Shown: piece after piece, positions 30,686 to 39,566 of the stretch
How the letters are laid out: each line of letters begins with the position of its first letter
How positions within the stretch are numbered: position 1 is the first letter of the stretch
Assembly: GCA_017649645.1 (NCBI GenBank)
Contig: JAGCGK010000124.1
Coordinates: 52,658-116,657, forward strand
DNA: 64,000 nt
Source: Clostridiales bacterium
Lineage (GTDB): Bacteria; Bacillota; Clostridia; Saccharofermentanales; Saccharofermentanaceae
Reading direction: 5' to 3'
Made by a program: the position numbers and the translations under genes
The notes under the pieces: model-generated
What the model was told of the DNA's origin: nothing
Database searches by the model: none
What the model saw: only the letters and a program-made list of their open reading frames with translations

Positions 30686-31909
30686 TTATTCCTGTTCACT
30701 CTCGTCTTCCGAGATATCTTCTTCATCAAGATGACCACCGTACCAGATGGCACCCATGCCTATTCCCTGCTTGAACATCGCATCGACCACAGGATCTGAT
30801 GCGGCGCAAACGATCTCAACGTCGCCCACATCCTGATTGAAGCTTCTTCTGAATACCCAGATCTCCTTCGGAGCCATGGTCTCGATGATATACGGGTTAT
30901 GCGTTGTAAAGATCACCTGGTTATAAGGATGGGATATGGTGAAATCACGAAGTTCTTCTGCAAGAACATCGACCATATCATGATAAAGATCCTTATCAGG
31001 TGTCTCGATAAAGATGGTCGTATGAGGATCGCTGTCTCTTAATAAGAGCAGATAAAGGAACAGCTTATCAGGACTATCCTCGAGAGAAGCAGGAAGCCTC
31101 GGCTTATGCTTCATCAACGGGATCCTGTCGTTGATCTCGTTAACGACCATATGATATCTCTTCTCGTTCTCTGTCCTCATATAGGTAAGAACGTTATGAA
31201 CGTTGGAACCGGTACTGTTAAGGTGTCTGTGACCTCCGGGAGCATTACCGGCATCAAAATAATCAGATCTCGAATCACTGGAGAAACTGCAGAAGAACCA
31301 TCTGGATATCTCCCTGTAAAGAGCATGGATATGAGTAAAAGATCTGATGCCTCCGTAAAGCTTGACTGCACATGTGTGAGGATCAGCGATGGATGTCTCG
31401 TCGTACTCCGGGATGCCTTCTCTCATCTTCGTCATTATCTTGCCTTCGCCGTTTCTAAGATCGAGAAGATCCACTACGGTAAACTGATCTCTCTTACAGC
31501 AGAGCATCGCTTTCTCGGAAGCGATATAAGGGCTTCCGTGAACGTTCGTATCGATCTCGACATCATACTCGACAAAGCATGTCTTAAGATCAGGCTCAGG
31601 TTTGATATTGAAATAAAGCTGGAAGATTACCGGCTTATCTTTATCTATCACCATATTCGAAAAGCCCGGACGGTCATCGCTCGTGGATGCTGATGCAACA
31701 TCTTTTAAGACCATCGCCTTAAAAAACTTAAGTGCATCGATATAACTCGTTTTACCGGTCCTGTTACGGCCGATAAAAGCATTGAGATTAAGAAGAGGCG
31801 TGCCGCTTGGTTTATTGCCGACTCCGGCATTTACATAGTCTTCCATGAGAAGACCGCATTTATCATCATCGAAAATATCGAAGTTCTTTACTCTGACACC
31901 GATCAGCAT
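30686..31909 (-). CDS. ABC-type ATPase (AAA_21/OLD-like) with degenerate motifs
   Basis: VKNF N-terminus, Walker A GRNRTGKT, H-loop FTTHNPY; Walker B region IFIETPD. Confidence 0.75.
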   Translation of the reverse strand: MLIGVRVKNFDIFDDDKCGLLMEDYVNAGVGNKPSGTPLLNLNAFIGRNRTGKTSYIDALKFFKAMVLKDVASASTSDDRPGFSNMVIDKDKPVIFQLYFNIKPEPDLKTCFVEYDVEIDTNVHGSPYIASEKAMLCCKRDQFTVVDLLDLRNGEGKIMTKMREGIPEYDETSIADPHTCAVKLYGGIRSFTHIHALYREISRWFFCSFSSDSRSDYFDAGNAPGGHRHLNSTGSNVHNVLTYMRTENEKRYHMVVNEINDRIPLMKHKPRLPASLEDSPDKLFLYLLLLRDSDPHTTIFIETPDKDLYHDMVDVLAEELRDFTISHPYNQVIFTTHNPYIIETMAPKEIWVFRRSFNQDVGDVEIVCAASDPVVDAMFKQGIGMGAIWYGGHLDEEDISEDESEQE

Positions 31910-31944
31910 AAGAAGACCTCCTTAGAACATTTGAGTATATTATA

Positions 31945-32718
31945 TCACTCAAGTGTCTCAAGATAATCAGCTATACCGTCTTCATCATTGGAACCTATTA
32001 CTATATCAGCGATCCTCTTAACTTCATCGATGGAATTACCCATGGCAACTCCGATACCCGTCATCTTGAGCATTCCGATATCGGCAAAGTCATCGCCGAA
32101 AGAGATGATATCGTTTAATGTTATTCGAAGGCTGTCGCATACGATCTTTATGGCGTCTTCTTTGGTGACACCCTTCCTCGTATATTTATACCAGTATCCG
32201 TCCGAAAATCTTATCGCATCACAGTCAGGTAATCTCAACTTCAGTTCATCTGCTTTTTTATCATCAAAGATCTCAACGCACATCTTAAGAGCTTCTTCGG
32301 AAAAGGAACTGAAATCAGTCCATATGCTTCCGCCCCAGCTCTTGTCCACTTCCTTAGGATCGATCTTATAATTCCAGTAATGATCGGTCAAAGTGTCGAT
32401 GGTTATCTCCACATCTTCTCCGCATACTTCACGGGCGGTCCTTATAAGTTCGGAAGTACGCGTGGCGGAAAACACTGCTTTACTTATGTACTCGTCGTTT
32501 TTCTTTACAAGAGCGCCGCCGCTGCTAATAAGGATATCGGGTTTAAGCTGACCTAAGATCTCCAGGCAATTTTGTTCACTTCGTGATGTTGATACGCCGA
32601 TGAGATACCCTTTTTCTCTGGAGTTTTCGACCTGCTCCATTGTCCTTTTGGAGATGGTCTTTTCGCTTGTCAAAAGTGTACCGTCAAGATCAAATAACAG
32701 AAGTTTTTTAATCGCCAT
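31945..32718 (-). CDS. Cof-type HAD-IIB hydrolase
   Basis: FDLDGTLL, FGDDFADIGM, VAMGN. Confidence 0.92.
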   Translation of the reverse strand: MAIKKLLLFDLDGTLLTSEKTISKRTMEQVENSREKGYLIGVSTSRSEQNCLEILGQLKPDILISSGGALVKKNDEYISKAVFSATRTSELIRTAREVCGEDVEITIDTLTDHYWNYKIDPKEVDKSWGGSIWTDFSSFSEEALKMCVEIFDDKKADELKLRLPDCDAIRFSDGYWYKYTRKGVTKEDAIKIVCDSLRITLNDIISFGDDFADIGMLKMTGIGVAMGNSIDEVKRIADIVIGSNDEDGIADYLETLE

Positions 32719-32784
32719 TTTCTTACCATCCTTTTGAATTTTTAATGCATATTATAGCACTTGTTTTCGAAAAAGATCACTATA

Positions 32785-32816
32785 CAGAAAGGCTGCCTTC
32801 ACAGACAGCCTTTCTG
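32785..32816. terminator. Stem-loop closing the ECF operon
   Basis: Perfect 11-bp stem CAGAAAGGCTG/CAGCCTTTCTG. Confidence 0.7.
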
Positions 32817-32836
32817 CAGTATTGGAGTAATATATA

Positions 32837-33607
32837 TCAGCCGACACCGCCGGATGCTTCAGCAAAAACCTTTACGATATTGGTGTTCTGATCGTATGTG
32901 ATCTCATAGTCAGTCTTGAAAGAATCTTCCGTGCCGGAAGTCCATGTGTAGACCTTGTTACCGTCAGAGTCTGTGCTCATGGAAAATAAACTGTCAGCAT
33001 CTTCCTGAACATCCTTGTCGATAAGCAGGACATCATTACGAACTACACCATCCATATAAGTATGAAGATCTTCTTCGCTCATCTTAAATATCAGGAGATT
33101 CCAATAAGAATCCTGATCGCCGCCATAGCAGAAGAAACCGTTGATATCCTTGTTCTGAGGCTTAAGATTTTCCATGAGGTTGTAGAAGAATCCTTCATCA
33201 AAATCTTCCATCAGATAGAGCTCCTTAGATAGATCGATGAGCTCATATCCGCTGTAGTATGAAGCGAGCTCCTTAAGGTCAGGATCGGATATGTCGCTTG
33301 GCATGATAACCGAATCTAAGCTTCTTTGGTCAAACTCTTCGATCATCTTCACGAAATCCTCATCGACCTCGACTTCTGTCTCATCTGTTATATATGTTGT
33401 CTCAAACTCTTCGGTCAAAGCAGTAGTAGAAGCTGAAGTCTCCTTTTGCTCGACCTCTGTCTCAACAACAGGTTTCTTCTCGTCTGCGAACAACTTGTCG
33501 CGGTTCAGATATGTGAATACCGCACCGATAGCTGCCACCAGCAAAACTCCTGTAATGATCGCATTTCTGGCGTTCGATCTTCCCTTAGAATTACTTGTAC
33601 TTTTCAT
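32837..33607 (-). CDS. Membrane-anchored acidic protein, paralog of the putative anti-sigma extracellular domain
   Basis: Single N-terminal TM; C-terminus DYEITYD...SGGVG similar to upstream gene product. Confidence 0.65.
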   Translation of the reverse strand: MKSTSNSKGRSNARNAIITGVLLVAAIGAVFTYLNRDKLFADEKKPVVETEVEQKETSASTTALTEEFETTYITDETEVEVDEDFVKMIEEFDQRSLDSVIMPSDISDPDLKELASYYSGYELIDLSKELYLMEDFDEGFFYNLMENLKPQNKDINGFFCYGGDQDSYWNLLIFKMSEEDLHTYMDGVVRNDVLLIDKDVQEDADSLFSMSTDSDGNKVYTWTSGTEDSFKTDYEITYDQNTNIVKVFAEASGGVG

Positions 33608-33656
33608 AAACTTTCCTCTTTCATATATATAGATTTTGTAATAGCCCTGTTCCCGA

Positions 33657-34562
33657 TCAGCCTACTCCGCCGCCTGTTGTCTCGAATACACTCGCGATCT
33701 GTGTTTCAGGATCGTAGATGATCTCATAATCCATAAATACGGCTCTGTCCGAATCATTTATCTTGAGCTCAGGTTCATCACCTGTAAGAGATGCCGTATA
33801 GATAAGGTTACCATCCTCATCCGTTGACTCAGTGAAGATATTATCTGCTTCCTCAGGTGTCAGATCGAACGGCTGAGTCCTCATGATATATCTGGATTCA
33901 TCAAAGAGATATTTGTCGAGACCTTCCTTCGAGATCTTCATGACCAGAACAGACTCTGCATGACCGTAGGCATAATCTCCTACCCAGTAATAGACTGTAA
34001 ATCCTTCTTCTACATCGTCATAGTAAGAGAAGTTATTAAGCTCGTCTCCGCTGTTTTGCTGATACTCGATATTCTTCTTAAGATCGTTTATCGTGCAGCC
34101 CTGCTCCTCATAGTATTTCGCCAAATTCTTAATGTTCTCGTCAGAATAATTATCCGAGGAAGAATCGATATACTCGAGCCATTCGTCTTCTTCCTGGTCC
34201 TGTGAAGCTACTATCTCGAGGATCTCTGATGCTTCAGGAACATCCGTAGGGATCATTCGGTTTTCTCTATTCTCCTGAACTTCTTCCCTCATATCGATTG
34301 CTTCTGTCGGAACATCTCTGTGAAACAGATCCTTTATAGTTGCAAGGATAGTATCTCTGGTTGTCGGGATCACAAAAAGACCCGTCAGTGTAACTGCGAC
34401 TGCTGCAGCTGCGATCCCTGCTTTGGCTCTTCCTGATATCCTTGTTACCTTGGCAGGCTTTCTGGTTGCTGCCAGTTCGCTTTCCAAAATCGATCTTATA
34501 TTTGCTTTTCTTGCTTCGTCCATATGAATCTTATCAAATGCTCTGTTATATTCATCCTGCAT
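33657..34562 (-). CDS. Putative anti-sigma factor
   Basis: Overlaps the ECF gene end; short cytoplasmic N-terminus, one TM, acidic extracellular domain ending GGGVG. Confidence 0.65.
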   Translation of the reverse strand: MQDEYNRAFDKIHMDEARKANIRSILESELAATRKPAKVTRISGRAKAGIAAAAVAVTLTGLFVIPTTRDTILATIKDLFHRDVPTEAIDMREEVQENRENRMIPTDVPEASEILEIVASQDQEEDEWLEYIDSSSDNYSDENIKNLAKYYEEQGCTINDLKKNIEYQQNSGDELNNFSYYDDVEEGFTVYYWVGDYAYGHAESVLVMKISKEGLDKYLFDESRYIMRTQPFDLTPEEADNIFTESTDEDGNLIYTASLTGDEPELKINDSDRAVFMDYEIIYDPETQIASVFETTGGGVG

Positions 34563-35040
34563 AGCTTGTACCTCCTTTAAAGTGATTTCTCAAACATTCC
34601 TTTGCTCTCGTAAGTCTCATCGAGACAGCTGACGGAGCAATGTCCAGGATATCCGCTATCTCCTTTAGGGAGTAGCCTTCGTAGTAATGAAGATGAACTG
34701 CGATCCTCAGTTTTTCCGGAAGTTCCGATACAGCCGCAAACATCTCAGTATCCTCTTCATCGATCTTCTCGTTGGAGCTCACTTCGACCGCATCGTCGAA
34801 AGGGGCACTATATACCACACGTCCTGATCTTAGGACATCCTTACACGCGTTTGCCGTCATCGTAAGGAGATATGTTTTCTCTTTTCCTTTTGTGATCTTA
34901 ATGTCAGATCGAATAAGCTTTACGAAAACATCCTGAACCACATCTTCTGCTTCAGGCCGCGATCCGAGATACGAGTATGCCAGTCTGAATGCATCATCGG
35001 CATACATATCGAACAGTCGCAATACATCTTCGTTTTCCAT
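34552..35040 (-). CDS. ECF RNA polymerase sigma factor
   Basis: EAEDVVQDVF (region 2), HYYEGYSLKEIADIL...VSMRLTRA (region 4). Confidence 0.93.
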   Translation of the reverse strand: MENEDVLRLFDMYADDAFRLAYSYLGSRPEAEDVVQDVFVKLIRSDIKITKGKEKTYLLTMTANACKDVLRSGRVVYSAPFDDAVEVSSNEKIDEEDTEMFAAVSELPEKLRIAVHLHYYEGYSLKEIADILDIAPSAVSMRLTRAKECLRNHFKGGTSYAG

Positions 35041-35087
35041 TTGATTTCTTACCTTCCTTTTCTCTCATTTTTGAGATCTCAACTATA

Positions 35088-35114
35088 AGACGAACAAGAG
35101 ATATCGTTTTCACA
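35088..35114 (-). promoter_or_regulatory. Candidate autoregulatory ECF promoter
   Basis: TGTGAA-N16-CGTCT on minus strand, resembling ECF promoters with a CGTC -10. Confidence 0.45.
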
Positions 35115-35154
35115 CTTTTTTTCGAAAAAAATAAGTAAAAGTTTTCCAAGCCAT

Positions 35155-35186
35155 AAAAAAACTGTCCCGTTTCAAAAACGAGACAG
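35155..35186 (-). terminator. Intrinsic terminator after coaD operon
   Basis: CTGTCTCGTTT-TTG-AAACGGGACAG followed by TTTTTTT. Confidence 0.8.
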
Positions 35187-35208
35187 CAGTTATTTAATTA
35201 GTTTATTA

Positions 35209-35718
35209 TCAATCCTTATTGATCGCTACTTCGATCTCTGCGAGGTTAGTCTGAACCTTGCTGATGTTCTCGGAAAGAACATTATTAACATCTGTAAGGA
35301 GCTGCTTAACATAAACGTGTGCGCTCTTACGGAGTTCCTCGCTCTGCTGGTTAGCTTCTGCGATGATCTCTGCTGCTTTCTGCTGAGCACCCTTTGTGAT
35401 CTCGTGCTCGTTAACACGCATAGCGTACATACGGTCTGCGTCGTTAAGGACCTTCTTACTCTTCTCTCTTGCAGTACCGATGATATCCTGTGCTCTCTTA
35501 ACAATGTCGTTAGACTGGCTGACTGCCATCGGGAGTCTGTGCTTAAGCTCCTCCAAAGAAGCTATCATTTCCTGTCTGTCAACGGAGCATTTATCTGTAA
35601 ACGGAACACCGTTCGCATCGCGGAGCATATCGATCAGAGTATCAATGTGTCTGATCGCATCATATCTCTCACTGGAACCGTGAGACTGCTGTGCAAGTCT
35701 TGGATCGTTACCTTCCAT
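35209..35718 (-). CDS. Coiled-coil protein next to coaD, SepIVA/Cdv3-like
   Basis: ANGVPFTDKCSVDRQEMIASLEELKHRLP followed by an Ala/Gln-rich coiled coil. Confidence 0.55.
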   Translation of the reverse strand: MEGNDPRLAQQSHGSSERYDAIRHIDTLIDMLRDANGVPFTDKCSVDRQEMIASLEELKHRLPMAVSQSNDIVKRAQDIIGTAREKSKKVLNDADRMYAMRVNEHEITKGAQQKAAEIIAEANQQSEELRKSAHVYVKQLLTDVNNVLSENISKVQTNLAEIEVAINKD

Positions 35719-35721
35719 AGT

Positions 35722-36210
35722 TTACGACCTACCTTTCTTAAGCTCTTTTGTTACAAAATCAACTATTTGCGCAGGTACCATCTTAGAGATGTCACCTCCA
35801 TAATAACAAACTTCCTTAACGATTGTCGAACTTGTCATCGACAAATTCTCTCTGCAAGGCAGAAGCAGAACTTCGTAATCGGCATACAAGAGCCTGTTGG
35901 CCATAGCCATCTCGGCTTCGTATCTGAAATCGGACTCAGAACGGATGCCTCTTACAACCGCTGAACATCCGAGTTCCTTGAACAGATCCACAAGAAGTCC
36001 TCCTGATGAGACGACTTCTATATTCTTATACTCCTTGAGTGATTCTCTGGCCATATTTACTCTGTCTTCAGTCGAAAAAGCAGGGTGCTTTGCGCTGTTA
36101 TCCATAACAGCAACAACGAGCTTATCACAAAGCTTCGACGCCCTCTTGGCAATGTCGCAGTGACCCATTGTAAACGGATCAAAGCTTCCAGGGAATAACA
36201 ATATACTCAA
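35722..36210 (-). CDS. coaD: Phosphopantetheine adenylyltransferase
   Basis: FPGSFDPFTMGH, RGIRSESDF, SSTIVKE. Confidence 0.96.
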   Translation of the reverse strand: MSILLFPGSFDPFTMGHCDIAKRASKLCDKLVVAVMDNSAKHPAFSTEDRVNMARESLKEYKNIEVVSSGGLLVDLFKELGCSAVVRGIRSESDFRYEAEMAMANRLLYADYEVLLLPCRENLSMTSSTIVKEVCYYGGDISKMVPAQIVDFVTKELKKGRS

Positions 36211-36229
36211 GTATGTATCTCCTCAGCAA

Positions 36230-36793
36230 TCAATTCTTACTAAAGAATGTTACCACGCATAGCCCGTAACTACAAGAACGAGAGAATTTCATATTTATTA
36301 CATCTGTGTTGAAAGGCTCTTCAGCCGAATGCTCAACGATCATAAGGCCGTCTTCCGTAAGCATATCGTACTTTGTAAGAAGATCTGCGACCTTGACCGC
36401 CTCATCAAAAGCTATCTTATAAGGAGGATCCAGATACACGATATCGAACTTCTCATCCTTAAGAGCCTCCAAAGCCGCCACAGCGCTTCTTTTCATAACT
36501 CTTACAGACGGGTCATCTCTTCCTATCCTGACCTTTTCCAGGTTCTTCGATATAACTGAGATCGCAGGCGTTCCCTTATCGACCAGGACTACCTTTTCCG
36601 CGCCCCTGCTGAGAGCTTCGATACCCATTTGTCCGGTACCTGAGAACAAGTCAAGAAAATTACAGCCTGCTATCCTTCCCTGGATACTCGAGAAGATAGC
36701 CTCCTTAACCTTATCGGTCGTAGGTCTCGTGGCATCGCCTTTTGGCGCCGCCAGGATCGCGCCTCTGTATTTTCCCGTTACTACTCTCGGCAT
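36230..36793 (-). CDS. rsmD: 16S rRNA m2G966 methyltransferase
   Basis: TRPTTDKVKEAIF, DLFSGTG, EALSRGA, DPPY. Confidence 0.95.
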   Translation of the reverse strand: MPRVVTGKYRGAILAAPKGDATRPTTDKVKEAIFSSIQGRIAGCNFLDLFSGTGQMGIEALSRGAEKVVLVDKGTPAISVISKNLEKVRIGRDDPSVRVMKRSAVAALEALKDEKFDIVYLDPPYKIAFDEAVKVADLLTKYDMLTEDGLMIVEHSAEEPFNTDVINMKFSRSCSYGLCVVTFFSKN

Positions 36794-36804
36794 TATTAAT
36801 CTCC

Positions 36805-38937
36805 TTATGCCCTGAAAATTTCCAGATTAGGATAACGCAACCAAAGCTGTCTTTCAATTGCATTTCTGATACGTCTGGCTTCATCATCATCCGCAGCCAT
36901 CAATTCCTGCATCACTTCTCTTATCTCAACAGACTTTTCCGTATCATCGAAAATGTTTACTACCTTGAAGCTTGGAAGACCATGCTGTCTTGTACCGAAA
37001 AAGTCACCCGGACCTCTTAACGCCAGATCTTTTTCCGCCAGTTCGAAACCGTCGTTACTCTGGCACATCATCTGAAGTCTCGACATCGCAAGTTCACTTT
37101 TTGAAGATGACTGCAGGATGCAGTAAGACTGTTTGTCTCCTCTTCCTACTCGGCCTCGAAGCTGATGCAAAGTCGAAAGTCCGAATCTGTCCGCATCCAT
37201 GATGACCATAGTGGTCGCATTAGGATTATTAACACCTACCTCGACAACAGTTGTCGAGATAAGGATATCTGTTTCTTTATTACTGAATTTATCCATGACC
37301 TTCGTTTTCTGTGCATCAGTCATGGAACCTATGAGGATATCAGATGTAAGACCTTTCAAGACAGGCGAACTTTGAACTTCGGAATGAAGTCCCTTTACAC
37401 TTGAAGTCTCGATCTTCTCTTCACCGATCTCGAAGATATTCTCGTATCTCTCGATCTCGCCTTCGTCATCATTATCATCGATCCTCGGTGCAACGATATA
37501 AGCCTGCTCACCTTTTTGTGCGAGCTTAGCGATGTGCTTATATATTCCGTTCTTATCAGCAAAGCATGCGGTCTTTATCTCTTTTCTTCCCGCAGGTTTT
37601 TGCTTGATGATACTGATATCCATATCACCATAGATGACCATCGCGAGTGTTCTAGGAATAGGCGTCGCACTCATGACAAGACTATGTACTGAATCTATGT
37701 CACTGTTGATAAATGATAATCCGAGTTTCTCGTTTCTTTGTTCAACTCCGAACCTTTGCTGTTCGTCAGTTACAAACAAAGCAAGATTACGGAACTTAAC
37801 ATCTTTTTGGATAAGAGCATGTGTTCCGATTATTATCTTTGCTTCTCCTGAAGAAACGAGTTCCAAAGCTTTCTTTTTCTCGGCTGCTTTCATACCGCCG
37901 TGAAGATAGACTATCTTAATATCGGTATCCTTAAACATACCCATAACGGTATCGTAATGCTGCTTTGCAAGAACACCTGTCGGAGCAAGAAGTGCAGCCT
38001 GTCTTCCTGTTGCTGCAACAGCCGCCATGGAAACTGCCGCAACGGCTGTCTTACCTGAACCTACGTCACCTTGAATGAGTCTGTTCATCGGTGTATCTTT
38101 TGCTATATCCGTGAAGATATCGTTAAGTGCTTTTTTCTGATCATCGGTAAGCTTAAAAGGCAATGAATCAACGATACCTTTTACGGTCTTTTGAGCCTTA
38201 TCGTTTTTTACGATCTTGAATGCTTTTCCCGAATCTTCTTTTCCCGAAAATGACTTATGCATTCCATACTCATAGACTGCCAATTCTTCATAGGCAAGTC
38301 TTGTTCTTCCGATCGAGACCTGAGACATGGTAACAGGCTTATGTACAAATCTATATGCTTCTTTCGAAGAACATAATGACTTGTCTTTTATAAGCTTTGC
38401 AGGAAGAACATTATCGAAGTATTTCTCATAATCGCGAAGTGCAAATCCGATCCATGCTTCGATCTGTTTACTGGATATTCCTGAAGTCTGTCTATAGACT
38501 GGACGTATCTGACCTTCACCCATCTTATCCGCTCTTATCCTCTGAGGATTGATGAGCATAAATCCGCCTCTGAAGACTGTGACGACTCCTCTAAAATAAT
38601 ACTCGTCTCCTATCTTCATTTCGGTTGCTACAAATCTTCCGTGGAAGAAAGTAAGCGAAATCGTTCCGTAGTCATCACTGACCACTACGACACACTTTTG
38701 AAGTTTGTCATAACGGCTTATCGGAGATACATTTTTGACGGTTGCCTTGAATGTTATAAGTTCACCTTCATTAAGACCGTACAAAGGTTTTAAGTCTGAC
38801 CAATCCTCGTATTTTCGAGGAAAGAAATTCAGAAGATCGAAGACAGAAAATACTCCTATCTTGTTGAGTTTTTTCTCGGCGGCCTCACCTATTCCATAGA
38901 CCTTTGATATCGGATTAGACAAAGGACCATTGCTCAT
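36805..38937 (-). CDS. recG: ATP-dependent DNA helicase RecG
   Basis: QGDVGSGKT, DEQQRFG, SATPIPRT, HQLRGRVGR. Confidence 0.97.
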   Translation of the reverse strand: MSNGPLSNPISKVYGIGEAAEKKLNKIGVFSVFDLLNFFPRKYEDWSDLKPLYGLNEGELITFKATVKNVSPISRYDKLQKCVVVVSDDYGTISLTFFHGRFVATEMKIGDEYYFRGVVTVFRGGFMLINPQRIRADKMGEGQIRPVYRQTSGISSKQIEAWIGFALRDYEKYFDNVLPAKLIKDKSLCSSKEAYRFVHKPVTMSQVSIGRTRLAYEELAVYEYGMHKSFSGKEDSGKAFKIVKNDKAQKTVKGIVDSLPFKLTDDQKKALNDIFTDIAKDTPMNRLIQGDVGSGKTAVAAVSMAAVAATGRQAALLAPTGVLAKQHYDTVMGMFKDTDIKIVYLHGGMKAAEKKKALELVSSGEAKIIIGTHALIQKDVKFRNLALFVTDEQQRFGVEQRNEKLGLSFINSDIDSVHSLVMSATPIPRTLAMVIYGDMDISIIKQKPAGRKEIKTACFADKNGIYKHIAKLAQKGEQAYIVAPRIDDNDDEGEIERYENIFEIGEEKIETSSVKGLHSEVQSSPVLKGLTSDILIGSMTDAQKTKVMDKFSNKETDILISTTVVEVGVNNPNATTMVIMDADRFGLSTLHQLRGRVGRGDKQSYCILQSSSKSELAMSRLQMMCQSNDGFELAEKDLALRGPGDFFGTRQHGLPSFKVVNIFDDTEKSVEIREVMQELMAADDDEARRIRNAIERQLWLRYPNLEIFRA

Positions 38938-39566
38938 TTTTTCTTACCTTTACAAACATCCGATAAAGGACATATCTCACACTTCGGAGAACGTGCATCA
39001 CAGATGTTTCTTCCGAACGTGACAAACAGGTGTCCCATCCTTATCCACATGGAAGGATCAGACACTTTACAAACATCTTTTTCAACAGTTGCCGGATCAT
39101 CACTTTTGGTAAGTCCGAGCCTTTTGGCAACACGCTTAAAATGCGTATCTACGACCAGTGCGGGAATGCCGTAAAGTTCTCCTAGAAGAAGGTTACCGAT
39201 CTTTCTTCCGATACCCGGACATGATACAAGTTCATCTATATCCTGAGGAATGGTCCTATTCCATTTCTCGTTATAGATCACTGTTGTCTTGATTATATTT
39301 TTAGCCTTGGCTTTATAAAGACCACACGGCTTTATTATCTCTGATAATCTTTCTTCACCGAGCTTTAATATCGCATCGGAAGAATCAACAACTTTCTTAA
39401 GATCGATCACGGTCTTATTGACTCTGACATCAGTACACTGCGCAGAGAGGATTGCTCTAACAAGAAAGAAATAAGGATCGTCAAGATCAAGTGAACAAGA
39501 CGCATCCGGATAAAGTTTATTTAGTTCGTCATATGCCCTGACGGCAAGCTCGTTCTTTCGCATCAT
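38934..39566 (-). CDS. nth: Endonuclease III
   Basis: ILSAQCTD, PGIGRK helix-hairpin-helix, VDTH, C-x6-C-x2-C-x5-C Fe-S motif. Confidence 0.94.
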   Translation of the reverse strand: MMRKNELAVRAYDELNKLYPDASCSLDLDDPYFFLVRAILSAQCTDVRVNKTVIDLKKVVDSSDAILKLGEERLSEIIKPCGLYKAKAKNIIKTTVIYNEKWNRTIPQDIDELVSCPGIGRKIGNLLLGELYGIPALVVDTHFKRVAKRLGLTKSDDPATVEKDVCKVSDPSMWIRMGHLFVTFGRNICDARSPKCEICPLSDVCKGKKK

